From the NCBI GenBank assembly GCA_051362555.1, contig CM120647.1, forward strand, positions 13,616,651-13,680,650: a stretch of DNA of 64,000 nucleotides. Direction: 5' to 3'. The notes beneath the pieces were generated by a model. That model saw only the letters and a program-made list of their open reading frames with translations. It did not search any database and was not told where the DNA came from. The stretch comes from Lingula anatina. Taxonomy: Eukaryota > Animalia > Brachiopoda. Both the position numbers and the translations under genes were made by a program. Each line of letters begins with the position of its first letter. Within the stretch, counting starts at the first letter, position 1. Below are positions 47,397 to 59,900 of this stretch, piece by piece.

Positions 47397-50300
47397 ATAA
47401 TAATAATAATAATAATAATAATAATTTATTAAGCCAATAAAATACAAATGTATAAAATCGGGAATCTTTTGCCCTGTAGTAGCGCCATTGAAATATAAAG
47501 AATGAAAATTAAAATTACATGTTAGAGTTAAAAATAGTTACTGCCGAAGGATAAAAGCTATTTAAAAATCGCTTACTACCCTTAAAAGCTAAGAGTCTCG
47601 AATTGCTAGGTAAAAATTTAAAAAGGGTATGGGCTGGATGGGAACTGTCTGTCATTATTGATAATGTTTTCTTTTTAGTCCTGTCTAGATATATAGTATG
47701 GACGGGAGTTAGATCTGTTCCAATTACAACCCCTGCAGTTTCGACGATCTTTTCCAACTTGTTCCTCTCCTCCACAGTTGCACGTCCATACCAAACAGTT
47801 ATTGAATAAGTTAAAATACTCTCTAAAACACACCTGTAAAAGTTCGTTAAAATAAACACATTTCTGGTAAAAGCTTTCAATTTCCTTAAGAAATACATTC
47901 GTTGACGTGCCTTTTTCAATAGCTTCGTGATGTTATCGCCCCAGGTTAACCTATTATTCAGCTGAACCCCTAGTAATTTATAATTAGAAACCTGTTCGAC
48001 CGCTTTACCGTTAACTTCCAAGGGATTTTTACTTATCTGATTTCTTCTGAAGTCTATGATCATTTCTTTTGTTTTGCTCACATTTAATATCAAGTCATTG
48101 TCTGTGCACCAATTTACTAAACTTGTAACCGACTGCCTGTATGACATCTCATCATTATGGTGTATCAAGCCGACTAAAGTTGTGTCATCGGCAAACTTCA
48201 TTAAAAATGTATTTTCCTCCCTCGCCACACAATCATGGGTGAATAACGTATATAAACAAGGTGATAAGACGCAGCCCTGGGGTGTGCCAGTGTTTAAGAC
48301 TATAGTGTCCGAGAAGTTAAAACCGACTTTTACTGACTGTTTTCTGTTTAAAAGAAAATCTAAAATCCAATTGCAGAGTGCTGTTGGAAAATTAAGATCA
48401 TCCAAAAGTTTAAAATACAATTTGCTTGGTACAATAGTATTAAATGCTGAGCTATAGTCAACAAATAAAATTCTAACATAGGCATTTTTACAATCGAGAT
48501 GTTCTAGAACTTTGTGTAAACACGTAGAAAGAGCATCGTCTACACTTCTGTTACTGCGGTAGGCAAATTGGAGTGGATCGAAGCTATTTGGCACTAAAGT
48601 TTTAATAAAAGACAAAACAAGTTTTTCGAATATCTTCATAGGCACCGGAGTCAAAGCAACAGGACGAAGATCATTTAAATTCTCTACAGTTTTACTTTTT
48701 GGCACAGGTATGATGGTTGCTGTCTTCCATATTTCAGGCACTCTGCACATTTCAATTGACCAGTTGAATATTTCCGCGAACACATCTGAAAGCTGGGCTG
48801 CGCATTCCTTTAAAAGTCGTGATGTTATACCGTCAGGGCCTGGAGCTTTCCTAGTGTTTAAAGCCGAGAAATAACACTTGACTTGCCATGATTGAATAGT
48901 AAATGGCGGCACGCGCTCCCCTAAGGTTGGTGTGTGGACCTGGGTGTGGTTGGTCCTATCAAAACGAGAATAAAACTCATTCAACTTGTTAGGGAGTGTG
49001 GAGTCCTCTGTATCAACGGCACGTCTGGACCCTTTATACTGTGTGACAAGAGCGATATTGTCCCAGAGATCCTTTGCACTATTGGACTGGAATTTCTGTT
49101 CGATTTTTGAATTCATCTTTTTCTTTGCTTTTTTGATGGCAATTTTTAGGTCCAATTTTGTTTTACGATATGCTGCAACATTTGTTTCTTTCTCACGGTA
49201 CGCTTGGTCTTTAGCTTTTATAAGTTTCTTTATGTTCTTGTCAACCCACAGTTTAGTGTTTGGGTATTGCTTAATAGTCCTAGAAGGAATGCAGATCTCT
49301 TCACAAAACTTGATGTACTCAGTTACCACTAAAGTGAAGTCATGGATGCTGTTGTCCGATTTAAGGGCTGCCCAATCAGTGAATTCAAAGCAATCATGCA
49401 AGCTGTCTATCGCAGACTTTGAGAAGGATTTCACGTTTCGGGATAACGGTTTCGCACTTTTCAACGCAGTTCTGTAGACAGGTATCAGTAATACAGTGCA
49501 GTGGTCCGAATTTCCAAGGCTCGATCGCTTGATTGCTTTGTAGGCATTCTTCGTCGCACAATAACAATGGTCCAGTACGTTATTGCCCCTTGTGGGGAAT
49601 GTAATGTATTGGTGGTAGTTTGGTAGAGCCGATTTCAGGTTAGCCTTATTAAAATCACCTAGGATAATGGAAACGGAGTCTGGGTGGGAGTTTTCCTTTG
49701 ACGAAATGACTGATGACAAAGTCTTAATAGCATGTTTATTATCCGCCTTGGGGTGAATATAAACGCCCGTGATGAAAATGCATGGAAACTCCCGAGGCAA
49801 GTAGAATGGCCTGCATTTGATGGTAATATACTCAAGGTCCGGCGAGCATAAATGGGTCTCAATTTTAACATCCATGCACCATCTGTCATTCACAAGAAAA
49901 CAAACTCCGCCGCCTTGTTTTTTACCGGTAGACTCTTTATTTCGATCGAGTCTGAATATTGAGAAACCCGGTGGTTGTAAGCAGTCGCTGGGATGATCTT
50001 CCGTTAGCCATGTCTCGGTGAAACAATAGACATTGCAGTCTGCATAGTCCCGATAGTTAAATATCCTATAGTTTATTTCCTCTATTTTATTGTAAAGGCT
50101 CTGAACATTTGACAGAATAATGCTTGGCAACGGAGTTCTTTGCTTTCTATGCCTTAATTTCACTAGATGCCCTCCTCGCTTACCGCGCTTCCGCCCGTTC
50201 TTTGTTTCTCGCTGTGAGGAGGCCCTTGATATTCCGATGTCACGACAGATGTAGTCCAAATTTCCCGCTTGTAATGTCGATAGAGAGGCCGATGGCGCTT

Positions 50301-50431
50301 GTCGTATTTGGAGCAGATCTTCTCTGGTATATATGAGGATGGCTACCGACGTACTCAACATAAAAACTATATAAAAGAGTAAAAATGTGGACGCTCTACA
50401 AAGCCTGTCGCCATTGATCGGCGCCATCTTG
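47397..50431 (-). mobile_element. Apparently full-length single-ORF LINE, Rex1/Babar-like
   Basis: 5' end CAAGATGGCGCC. Short 3' UTR with AATAAA and (TAT)n tail at 47397-47424. No clear TSD (GA microhomology). Confidence 0.85.
47515..50427 (-). CDS. APE endonuclease-reverse transcriptase, 970 aa, intact
   Basis: N-terminal YTREDLL, KRGKRGG, LPSIILSNVQSL. Endonuclease CFTETWL, GGGV, GDFN, LDH, SDH. RT KAPGPDG, RPVAL, DYSSAFNT, GTPQG, FADD. Confidence 0.95.
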   Translation of the reverse strand: MAPINGDRLCRASTFLLFYIVFMLSTSVAILIYTREDLLQIRQAPSASLSTLQAGNLDYICRDIGISRASSQRETKNGRKRGKRGGHLVKLRHRKQRTPLPSIILSNVQSLYNKIEEINYRIFNYRDYADCNVYCFTETWLTEDHPSDCLQPPGFSIFRLDRNKESTGKKQGGGVCFLVNDRWCMDVKIETHLCSPDLEYITIKCRPFYLPREFPCIFITGVYIHPKADNKHAIKTLSSVISSKENSHPDSVSIILGDFNKANLKSALPNYHQYITFPTRGNNVLDHCYCATKNAYKAIKRSSLGNSDHCTVLLIPVYRTALKSAKPLSRNVKSFSKSAIDSLHDCFEFTDWAALKSDNSIHDFTLVVTEYIKFCEEICIPSRTIKQYPNTKLWVDKNIKKLIKAKDQAYREKETNVAAYRKTKLDLKIAIKKAKKKMNSKIEQKFQSNSAKDLWDNIALVTQYKGSRRAVDTEDSTLPNKLNEFYSRFDRTNHTQVHTPTLGERVPPFTIQSWQVKCYFSALNTRKAPGPDGITSRLLKECAAQLSDVFAEIFNWSIEMCRVPEIWKTATIIPVPKSKTVENLNDLRPVALTPVPMKIFEKLVLSFIKTLVPNSFDPLQFAYRSNRSVDDALSTCLHKVLEHLDCKNAYVRILFVDYSSAFNTIVPSKLYFKLLDDLNFPTALCNWILDFLLNRKQSVKVGFNFSDTIVLNTGTPQGCVLSPCLYTLFTHDCVAREENTFLMKFADDTTLVGLIHHNDEMSYRQSVTSLVNWCTDNDLILNVSKTKEMIIDFRRNQISKNPLEVNGKAVEQVSNYKLLGVQLNNRLTWGDNITKLLKKARQRMYFLRKLKAFTRNVFILTNFYRCVLESILTYSITVWYGRATVEERNKLEKIVETAGVVIGTDLTPVHTIYLDRTKKKTLSIMTDSSHPAHTLFKFLPSNSRLLAFKGSKRFLNSFYPSAVTIFNSNM

Positions 50432-51815
50432 AAAAATACAATTGAATTGTTCAGTCAGAACCGTGCAGAGGGTCTGCTCGGTATAGAAACACTGGGTCAA
50501 GAGACAAATTGCCTCTGATGGGTCGTCCAAGAAAAAATTACTGGCCGTGAAGACCGACGACTGATTTTGATGTCCAGGTTGTCAAAGTTCGACACTGCTT
50601 GTCAGTTGACAACACAGTGGAACACTTTCACACATAAGAATGTGTCTGTGAAAATTGCTAGGCGTCGGTTACATGCTCTGAGAGTGTACAGCAGGGTAGC
50701 AAGACTGAAACCTCTTATATCGTTACAAAACAGGCAACGTAGAGTAAACTAGGGTCAACAGGATCTGGAACTGGACAGTTCATGACAATTGGTCCTATAT
50801 ATTTTTTTCTGATGAGTGTCGCTTTGGTCTGACCTCTGATGACAGACGGGCACTATGCTGGCAAACTGCTGGTAAAGCATTTGAACCACATGCACTGAAT
50901 TTTCGAACCCGGAGCAGCATATTCATCATGGTGTGGGACTGCATCAGCATCCATGGCTTGGGCGAATTGATAGTGGTTAATGGAAACATGAATCACTAAA
51001 AATATATCGATGTTTTGGAGTCAGGCTTGCTACCATCTATTACTCACATGTTTGGTGACAGGAATTATCCATTTGTTCACCAGGATGACAATGCTCCTTG
51101 TCACAGGCCCAGAGTTGTTGATGATTGGTTTGACCAACAGGACATTCGCAGGGTGATGTGGCCTGCCCAGAGTCCGGATGCAAACATAATAGAAAATGTG
51201 TGGAATGATATGTCAAAACTTTTCACAAATGCCCGTCTAACCAGCAGAGAAACTCTGTTATATTCAGTGTTTCATGCTTGGGCCAGCATAAGCCCTGAAC
51301 GCATCAGACAATTATATGAAACCTTGCCTCGTAGACTGGCACCTATTATTAGGTCACGTGGCTATGCCACTAAGTACTAATTTTGGACTTGAAACTGCAT
51401 ATTTTGGTAGAATGTATATTTAGTTCTCATTTTGTGATTTTTTGTGAAATTTGATGTTAATAATAAAATGATAAAATGATACCAGGAGCATGTCATTCCA
51501 CAGTCATTTATCTCCCCCATTGTATTGGCACAGTAGGGGTGACACTTCTTTTGTCCAGTGTGTGTAGCATGACCATAACGTTATCCTGTCATTCTCTACC
51601 ATTACCAGAATATTATCATCTGATAACGTTATGTAAGACGCTATATGTTAGCTATAGCCAATATGTTGAACGTTGGAATAAACTTGTTATTCACTGTTAC
51701 AACAGTGTTTAGCTCCTAAACACATTTCTAAGAACCTGATTTGTTTCTTTTTCAACGGGTTAAGCTGATAAACACGTTTAGTTCCCAAGCATGCCAAAAC
51801 ATATAATTGATACAA

Positions 51816-51846
<31 letters not shown>

Positions 51847-52936
51847 GGGATAGTTCAGTTCTTATTTACTGCACTACTGCTGCGTCTCAGCGCAGTTTAC
51901 GGACGCCTGTTTGTATTTATTTTTATTTTTTTTTATTTTTATTTTATTTTATTTTGTTACCCTGGCTGTTGGTGCTACTGTCTTCCTTGGTTGGTTATAA
52001 CCCAGTATGCCGTATGAAGTGCTGAAAGCTAACAAACGAAAATACATTTCTCTGTCAGACCAGGAACTTTATCCCTGCTTCAACCCCTTAGTCCTGGGTG
52101 CCAAGCAAAGCAGATATCGTTTATAAAATGATACTCTTTATAAGCTCTAACACACCAAACAAATACATAAGTAGCATGTCCACTTTATTTGAATCAAATA
52201 AGAAACTAGTTGAAGTGGTTAATATGTGTTACTGAGGATCCACGCTCCATCGAGGCTCGGTTCATGTGTACCTTTAATAAGGAATCAGAATAAAATGCAC
52301 TTTTATACCTTAAGTAGACCGAAAACATGGCCTTGGCCTAGGCTTGTAGGGAGGTTTTAGGCATTGCTTCCCTCAATTACAGGATTTTGGTCACTACTGT
52401 ATTTTGGGGTATATTTGGAAAATAACCCTCGTATAACATTCAAAATATCGGAAAAATTAGAAAAACGAAAAGGCCTCCCATATGTATTTTATGGTACATT
52501 TGAAAGATAACCTCCACATACCGTTCAAAATTCCAATAATTAAGTAAAACGATGTGAAAGTAATGCAACATATACCTTGTAAAATATGTTTATTTTGCTG
52601 ACATATTTCACGTCATATTGGACCAAAATGTAAGGGCACTCTTACCTAATCATTCATTTTGTAAGATATGATGCATATATACACCTCCACTTATCTTTTA
52701 TTTTACAAAAAAAAAAAAAAATAAATAAATAAATAAATAAATAGAAAATAAATAGGGAGCACTGTTTTATACAATGCAAAGAGAAAGGTATTTTTAATCA
52801 ATCCCAATATTCTTCTCATCGTCTAAACTACATTCGGATATTTTGTTTGTTAACTTACATTCAGTTACACTCATGTTGAACTACACTGTAAAAGCGCCTG
52901 TTTTGTCTCATTTTTTTCAACGCGTTTAGCCCCTAA

Positions 52937-53656
52937 AGGCCCAGTCACAAATCAGTTGCGATGCGTCGGGGATGGGTAAAACCCGGGAAATTTGAACAAA
53001 ATCTTGAGATAGATCTCACGATTTTGCACCCGTCGGAGGCGCTCTCCGGACGCCTGCGGGTTGTCGCAGATTTTTTAGACATCTCCACACCCGTCGCGGT
53101 CCCCAACTTTCAACTTAAAATTTTAAGATTGCTCGCAAGATTTTTCACCCATTTTGGGCATCCCAGACACAATCTCCGATGACCTACGATGCCTTCCGAT
53201 TAATCGGAGGCGTCCTCCGAATAATCTGAGACTAGTCGCAAGATTCTGTGTGGGATTGGAAAATCAGGTTGAGATTCAATGTCTGCGAGTAGTCTCCGGC
53301 GCCCTCCGACTGAATCGAACGCTTTATGTGATCGTCTTCGACGAATCGTACGGTGGAATCGTAGTAAATCGCCGTGTATATAAGGGCGCCTCCAACCGGA
53401 TCGCTAAAAGTTTGAGACGCTCTTGCTGCAGGAGGCTGTGACAGAAGATTTTGAAGATGCAATCGGAGGCGATCGGAGGCTAATCCCACGATTTTTCGAC
53501 AAAACCGGGTCAAAATCCTTGAAAAAATCTCAGACAATGTGACTGCTCCACTTTTATTAGGATTATTGCTAGGACTGTTCAAGGATTCTTTATTTTCTAC
53601 GACGACCCCCGGCCAAAACTAATCCCCGACAGATCGCCGACATTGTGACTGGGCCA
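52937..53656. mobile_element. PIF/Harbinger-like MITE (~720 bp, GC-rich)
   Basis: TAA|AGGCCCAGTCACAA ... TTGTGACTGGGCCA|TAA: 3-bp TAA TSD and GGCCC termini. Subterminal inverted motif GTCGGGGAT/ATCCCCGAC. Confidence 0.8.
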
Positions 53657-53815
53657 TAAGCACATTTAGCTCTTTAGCATGTTACACGCTTTTAGCCTGA
53701 ATGTAGTATGACCCGATTGACGGCTAAATTTACGTAGGGTGTAGGTAGTAGAGTTTAAACATGACAAAAAACATAAGAATCATACAAAAGTTAAAAACGC
53801 AACTTCAGGATTATA

Positions 53816-53900
53816 GGGTTTCGAACTCCCATGAAATTACTTTGAGATAGTACATGTTCTGGATTCATATCGTTCTACTGCCTAACCACTACGTCAGAGA
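53816..53900 (-). other. Degenerate tRNA-like Pol III A/B-box head (SINE or tRNA pseudogene)
   Basis: Minus strand TGACGTAGTGGTTAGG (A-box-like) about 55 nt before GAGTTCGAAACC (B-box). No convincing cloverleaf. Confidence 0.35.
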
Positions 53901-54846
53901 GACGAACCGACAATTCGACGATTTTACGGCGTAATTATATATATGCTCACTAAAGCATAGGCCCCTACTATTCATGTTATTGGCCTTAACCTAGTAGTTA
54001 TATAAAGGGACGGACATAAAAAAAGGGCGACCCTCCATTTGGCTGACTGATGTAAACGGAATGCAGGTCCGCCAGGAATATAAGTCCTATCCAAATTTAT
54101 GACAGGAATACAAGTCCCATTAGGGCTACTAATCCTAAGGTACAGTGGTCCGTAGTAACTGAGGTCCATTCTTTTGTATTAGAGATAAAACCTTCACTTT
54201 TCAGTGACTACATTTATCATTATTTACACACGTCATTTTATGGTGACGCCAGAAGTGCAAATTCGGGGGAAAATAAAAATAAATCGGTTTTTCGAATATC
54301 TCCTTTAATTTCATGGGCAGCCACGAACATCGTTTCAACGCCAATTCCATGACATCATATAGTGCTCCAAAACCCTGCCAGCGGCTATGGTTAAAAGAAT
54401 GAGTTCAGATTTAACTACTGACAAAATAATAACGCCTTTGTTTAATAAAAAAAATCTTGGATTAGGAGCTCGTAACGCCGAAAAAAAATGAAGCTTATTC
54501 ATTTGTGGACAACTTTGCCTATTCTCGTAATAATAATAATAATGATAATAATAATAATAATAAAAACAAATCAGGGACGTTATTGTACGCACCATACCAT
54601 TGTTATCTCACCTCAAATTAGAAAGTTGTTATCTTGACGATAATATACAAAGCAATGGCAATAAAGAATGCAAAGTCTTGTACGTAAACCAAACTGTATC
54701 ATAATGTACAAATAATATAAACGCACTTCTTAAAACCAATTATCTAAATGTAAATACAATGGCAATAAAGAATGTGAGGTTTTCATCATCCCGCCGTTCC
54801 ATTAGCTAATGTCTTCATCATCCCGCCGTTCCAATAGCTGTTTTCA

Positions 54847-56872
54847 TCATCCTGCTGTTCCATTGACTGGAAGAAAGATGGATTAAAAAGGTAGTGGTTT
54901 CTTAATGGCCGTACGTCTGTTACATTGCCCGGTTGACAGTGATGTCAGTCAACGGATCAAAAACACAAGTAAACCCACCTTTGGTTTACAGTAAAAAAAA
55001 ATAACAGTGTGAACTATGAAGAGTCCTACATTGGTTGCAGATAAATAAGGTTTACTCAGCTTATAGGCCTGAATTTTAGCCTTTTTGATCCAAAATGATT
55101 CAGTATTAGTTATTTTTTTTTAATTAACATTGCAATATTGTGTATTGTGTATATCACGAAACAAGAGTACAACACGACCGACAGATGTTTACCATTTTGA
55201 AGTTTTTTCTAGTTTAAAACTGCTGACAGACCCATTTAGTACTATTATTCTTTAAAATAATTTCTCCTCGAGATGTGCGTTTATTACTACTACTACTACA
55301 CACATGCCTATATACCTGTACACTCTGACACAAACAGGCACGTTGACAGGCAAACAAAACGTATCCTACTTCGCTGTTTCTGTCTCTTTCTTTCTCACAA
55401 ACGCACACACAGATAGAGATAGAGCACCCGAACACGCAGTCAAATGCACATACCAATTGCTGATGTCATGCAGATAGAGACCTTTTTTACATTAATTTTA
55501 TTTTACAAGTACCTGTAGGCCCCGCCGGCCGGGTGGATGTCAAGCCATCTTTTTTCCGTTCCTCTTCAGCTTTCTTTTTGAACCTTTCTTTAAGAGTTTT
55601 CATGATGTCTCGATATTTCTTATCAAATATGCGCTGTTTTTTGTCCTTCTTTTCTCTCTTCTGAAGCGAAAAAAAGGCTGTATTGCTTAAAGTTCGAAAA
55701 AAGGCTCGTCTATCTATCAACAGTCAAGTTATTTCAAATAAGTTTAGCTTTTAAATAATTTTGAAATGTCTTGTAATTTATAATAATGGAATAATACATC
55801 TGATTTAATGATAATATAATAATATATGCACTACTAAAATATCGAAATTCTTAATGTAAATAACATGTTAACAGTAGCATTTTATTGATTACACTTTCAG
55901 ATTATTTCCTCAACAACCCCCTAGTTTTCTATTCTATTTAAGATATTTCAGCTATATTTTTAAGCAATTTTATCTTTATTGAAAGCTCAATAAAAGGTCG
56001 ACAAGAACGTGCTGGGGTTTAATGTTACCGACAAACATATTTTAATATCACATCGATACGACAGTAAAAACCACTTCTCAAATTTATTTGAAAAAAATTT
56101 TTTTCGTTTTAATATTTATATTGAGTTATCAATTTGCTTAGTTTTGTCATCATTCAAGATCATTAAAGCCAGGACACACCTTTTTACTGGGTGCCTCGCA
56201 TTTCTTGCAGGTGAGGATGTAAAACAACCATTTGGGACTAGGTATTAAGTTAAAGGGTATGGGGAGAGTAGATTCTTCCCCTATATATTCTAACCATAGT
56301 CTTGTCCTAGCAGCTTTCCATTCGATGTCTGCGTCGTTCTGTAAATATTTCGAATTAAGGAATTACGGCATTTCTGGTGAATGGAGAGGCTGTGCAAAAA
56401 TAATTGATCGTGCTTCTTTGATCGTACTTTTAATCATTGAGATTATTTTCTGTATAATACTGCTCCGTTTCCGTTATTATTATTAGTATAATTATTATTA
56501 TTATTATTATTATGAAACTATAAGACAAAATGCATTATACATTATCGATTGTTTTCAACATCTCATACTTACATGAATGGCTTCAAAAGAGATTGTCATC
56601 ATAGCAATAAGCATATTGATCAACATAATAACGATGACAATATGGAATATAGCCACCATGATGAATCCCACGATCTCCACAAATGCGTGTTTCATGTGGA
56701 TTTCTACAGAACTGGAGTCCCCCAAGCCAAAGATGGACCACATGAGGGTGCTAAATGTGTTGAAGAATCTGCAGAAACACGAATGTGCGGGACTTAATGG
56801 TCGAATCCAAACAGATATGCAAAAGAACCTTAAACAATGCTTTGCTGAATACAAAATAAAAAAAAATAATAA

Positions 56873-56953
<81 letters not shown>

Positions 56954-59900
56954 TAAATAAATAGATAAATAAGTGTACACAGAGGTGTTCACCTTTGAAT
57001 GACATATGGTCAAACTGAACAATACTATTTGTTGTTGTCGTTAAGAAAATAATGAAAAATTAATTTAAAAATACCAATTTTTACAATAAACATACTAGAA
57101 CCTGTTTTCATAGGGCGTTGGCTACAAATAGTTACCCGTGGAATGCAGAATTAGTCTCCGACCCATCAGGGAGTGTTTGGCCCGCATAGAAGTGGTAGTG
57201 GTTGTGCAGTCCAACAGTGAAGGCAATGAACACAATAAGCAGCAAGGCAGCAAAGCGAAAGACATCGTTGATCATCTTGCCTAAAAGTTGACAAGCCACG
57301 ATTTATTCAAAGAGCATGAGTCACACAAGTCACAATGAGAAAGAATCCGACAAATAAAAAAACTCTCGTTTCAAGATTGACAATACTGTCGCTAGGAGGA
57401 AAGAGTGATATAGACCCCTTCCCCACATATTTTAGATCGATCTATCCCTGTGGGGATTCTCACTAGATTATCGGCTAAAGTGTCTGCCCCGCCTACTAAA
57501 AACTGTAAGGGTGTAATTAACTACCGTGCACGCTCGGCTGACAGCAATTTAGCGTGAACCCCCAGGGAGTTAGGTCGATCTAGAGTAAATCTATGGGAAT
57601 GCATTCATACTCTTTTGTCAACTTAATTAACCTTATTGACTAAAGGACACTTATTTATACATGTACGTGTATTATTACCAAAGGCATAATTGCTTTAATC
57701 ACTGTATACACGCTTACCCAAAACAACTAGAAGTGGTCCGACAGACTCAAAAGTAGGTAAAATGTACACTAGTCTAGAGAAACTAATGATGTTCGCCAAC
57801 GCAAACAGGGCGTCTGATATTATTTCTGGATCATTTAGTTCCCATTCGAACCGACCTGAAATGCAAGAGTAAAAAAGATACACTTAGAAAATTGTTTATC
57901 AAAAACTTTAATAAGTTTATCAAAAACTCTAATAAGATACATGTATAATGGACAATCAACTAAGTTTTTGAATAGAGGATAGGAAACACATACTTACACT
58001 ATTGAACACAATTAAAATATTTGGAATGAATTACATACTTTGAACCATGCATAGTTCAATTAATTCAGCTACACCAACCTATCTGGTAATAGTATGTGTA
58101 CGCCTCTGTTGTAGTTTGGTTAACTTCCAATGCGGCTTGTCTTGTTTTGACAATCGAGACTATACGACTGACAAAGGAGGCAAGATAAAACATAACCAAG
58201 AGGATATCCAGAATGTTGAAGGCGTTCTGGAAGTAGCGCATTCCCTGCCGACACAACTGCTTTACCTCAGCTAAAAGATAGCCTATAAGATGAAATGCAA
58301 TATTTAGTGTTTTAAATTTCAATTTAAATTAAACATTAAAATACTCCAGTCAGGGGCAATATACTCATCGGACTAGTAAGTGAGCATTGCTAAATATGAA
58401 GTATTATTTTCTTATTCAGAGGTTACTCATTATAAAATATATACAGATGAAAATAATTGATAATTTAGTTTACATTGTAGTAACCGGATTTTGTTGATTA
58501 TAAATTTGATAGACTAATACTATGACAACCATGTCTCCGAGAAATTGTACCTATTTAATGCTACTGCAGAAAAATCAGATAGATACTGGAATATTAATAA
58601 TGTTATGGTGTTGGCATTACTTTAAATGTATTTGTGTCTTACCTATCACGTAGAAAAATATTGCATACTCGGACCATCGGAAATCCTTGGCATGAGCGAC
58701 ATTAGCTTTATCATCGGGCAAAAAGTAAATCGTCAGGATCAGAAGAAACGTAAAGTAGGAGAAGCTATGCGTGTAAAATTTGATACAAGGAGTCCTCAAG
58801 AACATGTTGTTCCACTTGATGAATTTACTCTACAAAAAGAAAGAAATAATACGCTACACCTTTGTACTAGTGCCAACAATAAAATCAGCGACTGAGACAT
58901 TTTCAGTTTTCATTCACGAAGAAATTGCGATCATCTAATAGCTTACGTCTACCAACATTCAACAATTAGGCCTACCGTGAAAAAAGTTTTTTTTACAGAC
59001 CAGTTTAACATGGGTGTTGTGAGTCACCATATGCGACTGCTACAACAAAATATGGTTCGTTCAATCAAACTAAACAAAAAGCTTTCTCTTATGCCCTTTG
59101 GACCTTCATTTGTGTATACATAAGCGCCCGAGTCTGTATCGATGCACTTTGAGAGAATGGCAACTGGATTTTACATAAGATAATTACCCTAACGTACGCA
59201 GCTTACGCGCTTAACACTGTCAATTATATAAACACCTGCCTATCTCTATAAGTGTACCGGTACTAAATGTAAAAAGGGGTTCAGGAAATGTTTTAACATA
59301 TGGCAATAAACCTGTTCAACATACCTTCTTCTCCAACGTTTCAAAGGATCCGAACAGAATGTAAGCCAGGAACAGCAGAATCCAAACTGGCAACGCCAGC
59401 ACGATGAAGATTGTCTTCAGAAAGTTGTTTGTGGTCAGCATTCGACGCCTTATATTAGGATCGACGCCATAAAACACCATCCTTAAGTGCCTCTGGACGT
59501 ATGGGTGGGCTACAAACTGAAATACGGTTTTAAAGAAGTGGCTTTAATTGCAGCTATCTGCCGAGTAACTATGTGTCTATTCATCTCGGTTTGTCTGTGA
59601 TTTAATGCCACATGGAATATTCCTCAAACATCAGCCAAAATAATAGTTTCTTGTTACCTCTCTGATCCCTCAATGTTCACAACATACCGCATCTGGAAAA
59701 ATATGTCATAGCACCTTCATATGGTAGTGCACTAAATCCCCCCTCTAAATAACTTCTGAAGAAACGACTTGAGTGTGGCTTCAGCTTTTCGTTTAGATGA
59801 AGCTGTTGCTGACTTATATTTATTTATTTTCAATGGCGTAGTAATGTCTTATTATTTGTGTGATAAAACATATTTCAATGACCAAAAAAGCATAGGTAAC

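Larger units (their letters stand above)
47129..51564 (+). mobile_element. Tc1 (DD34E) transposon, transposase pseudogene 47311-47396 plus ~50432-51380, interrupted by a LINE
   Basis: TA TSD at 47127-47128 and 51565-51566. TIR CACACACTGGACAAAAGAAGTGTCACCCC. Catalytic motifs FSDE, QDDNAPCH and WPAQSPDANIIEN with 34 residues between D and E. Ends RGYATKY*. Internal stops. Confidence 0.93.

Noticed and set aside
48056-49477. 133-aa and 163-aa plus-strand ORFs
   Set aside because: Antisense shadows of the intact LINE ORF.
52961-53582. Overlapping ORFs in a GC-rich island
   Set aside because: They lie inside a Harbinger-like MITE; open frames reflect GC content and show no transposase motif.
59750-59800. 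CTGAAGA...GAAAC suggesting a hammerhead ribozyme
   Set aside because: The two core motifs overlap with no stem II between them, so it cannot fold as a hammerhead.
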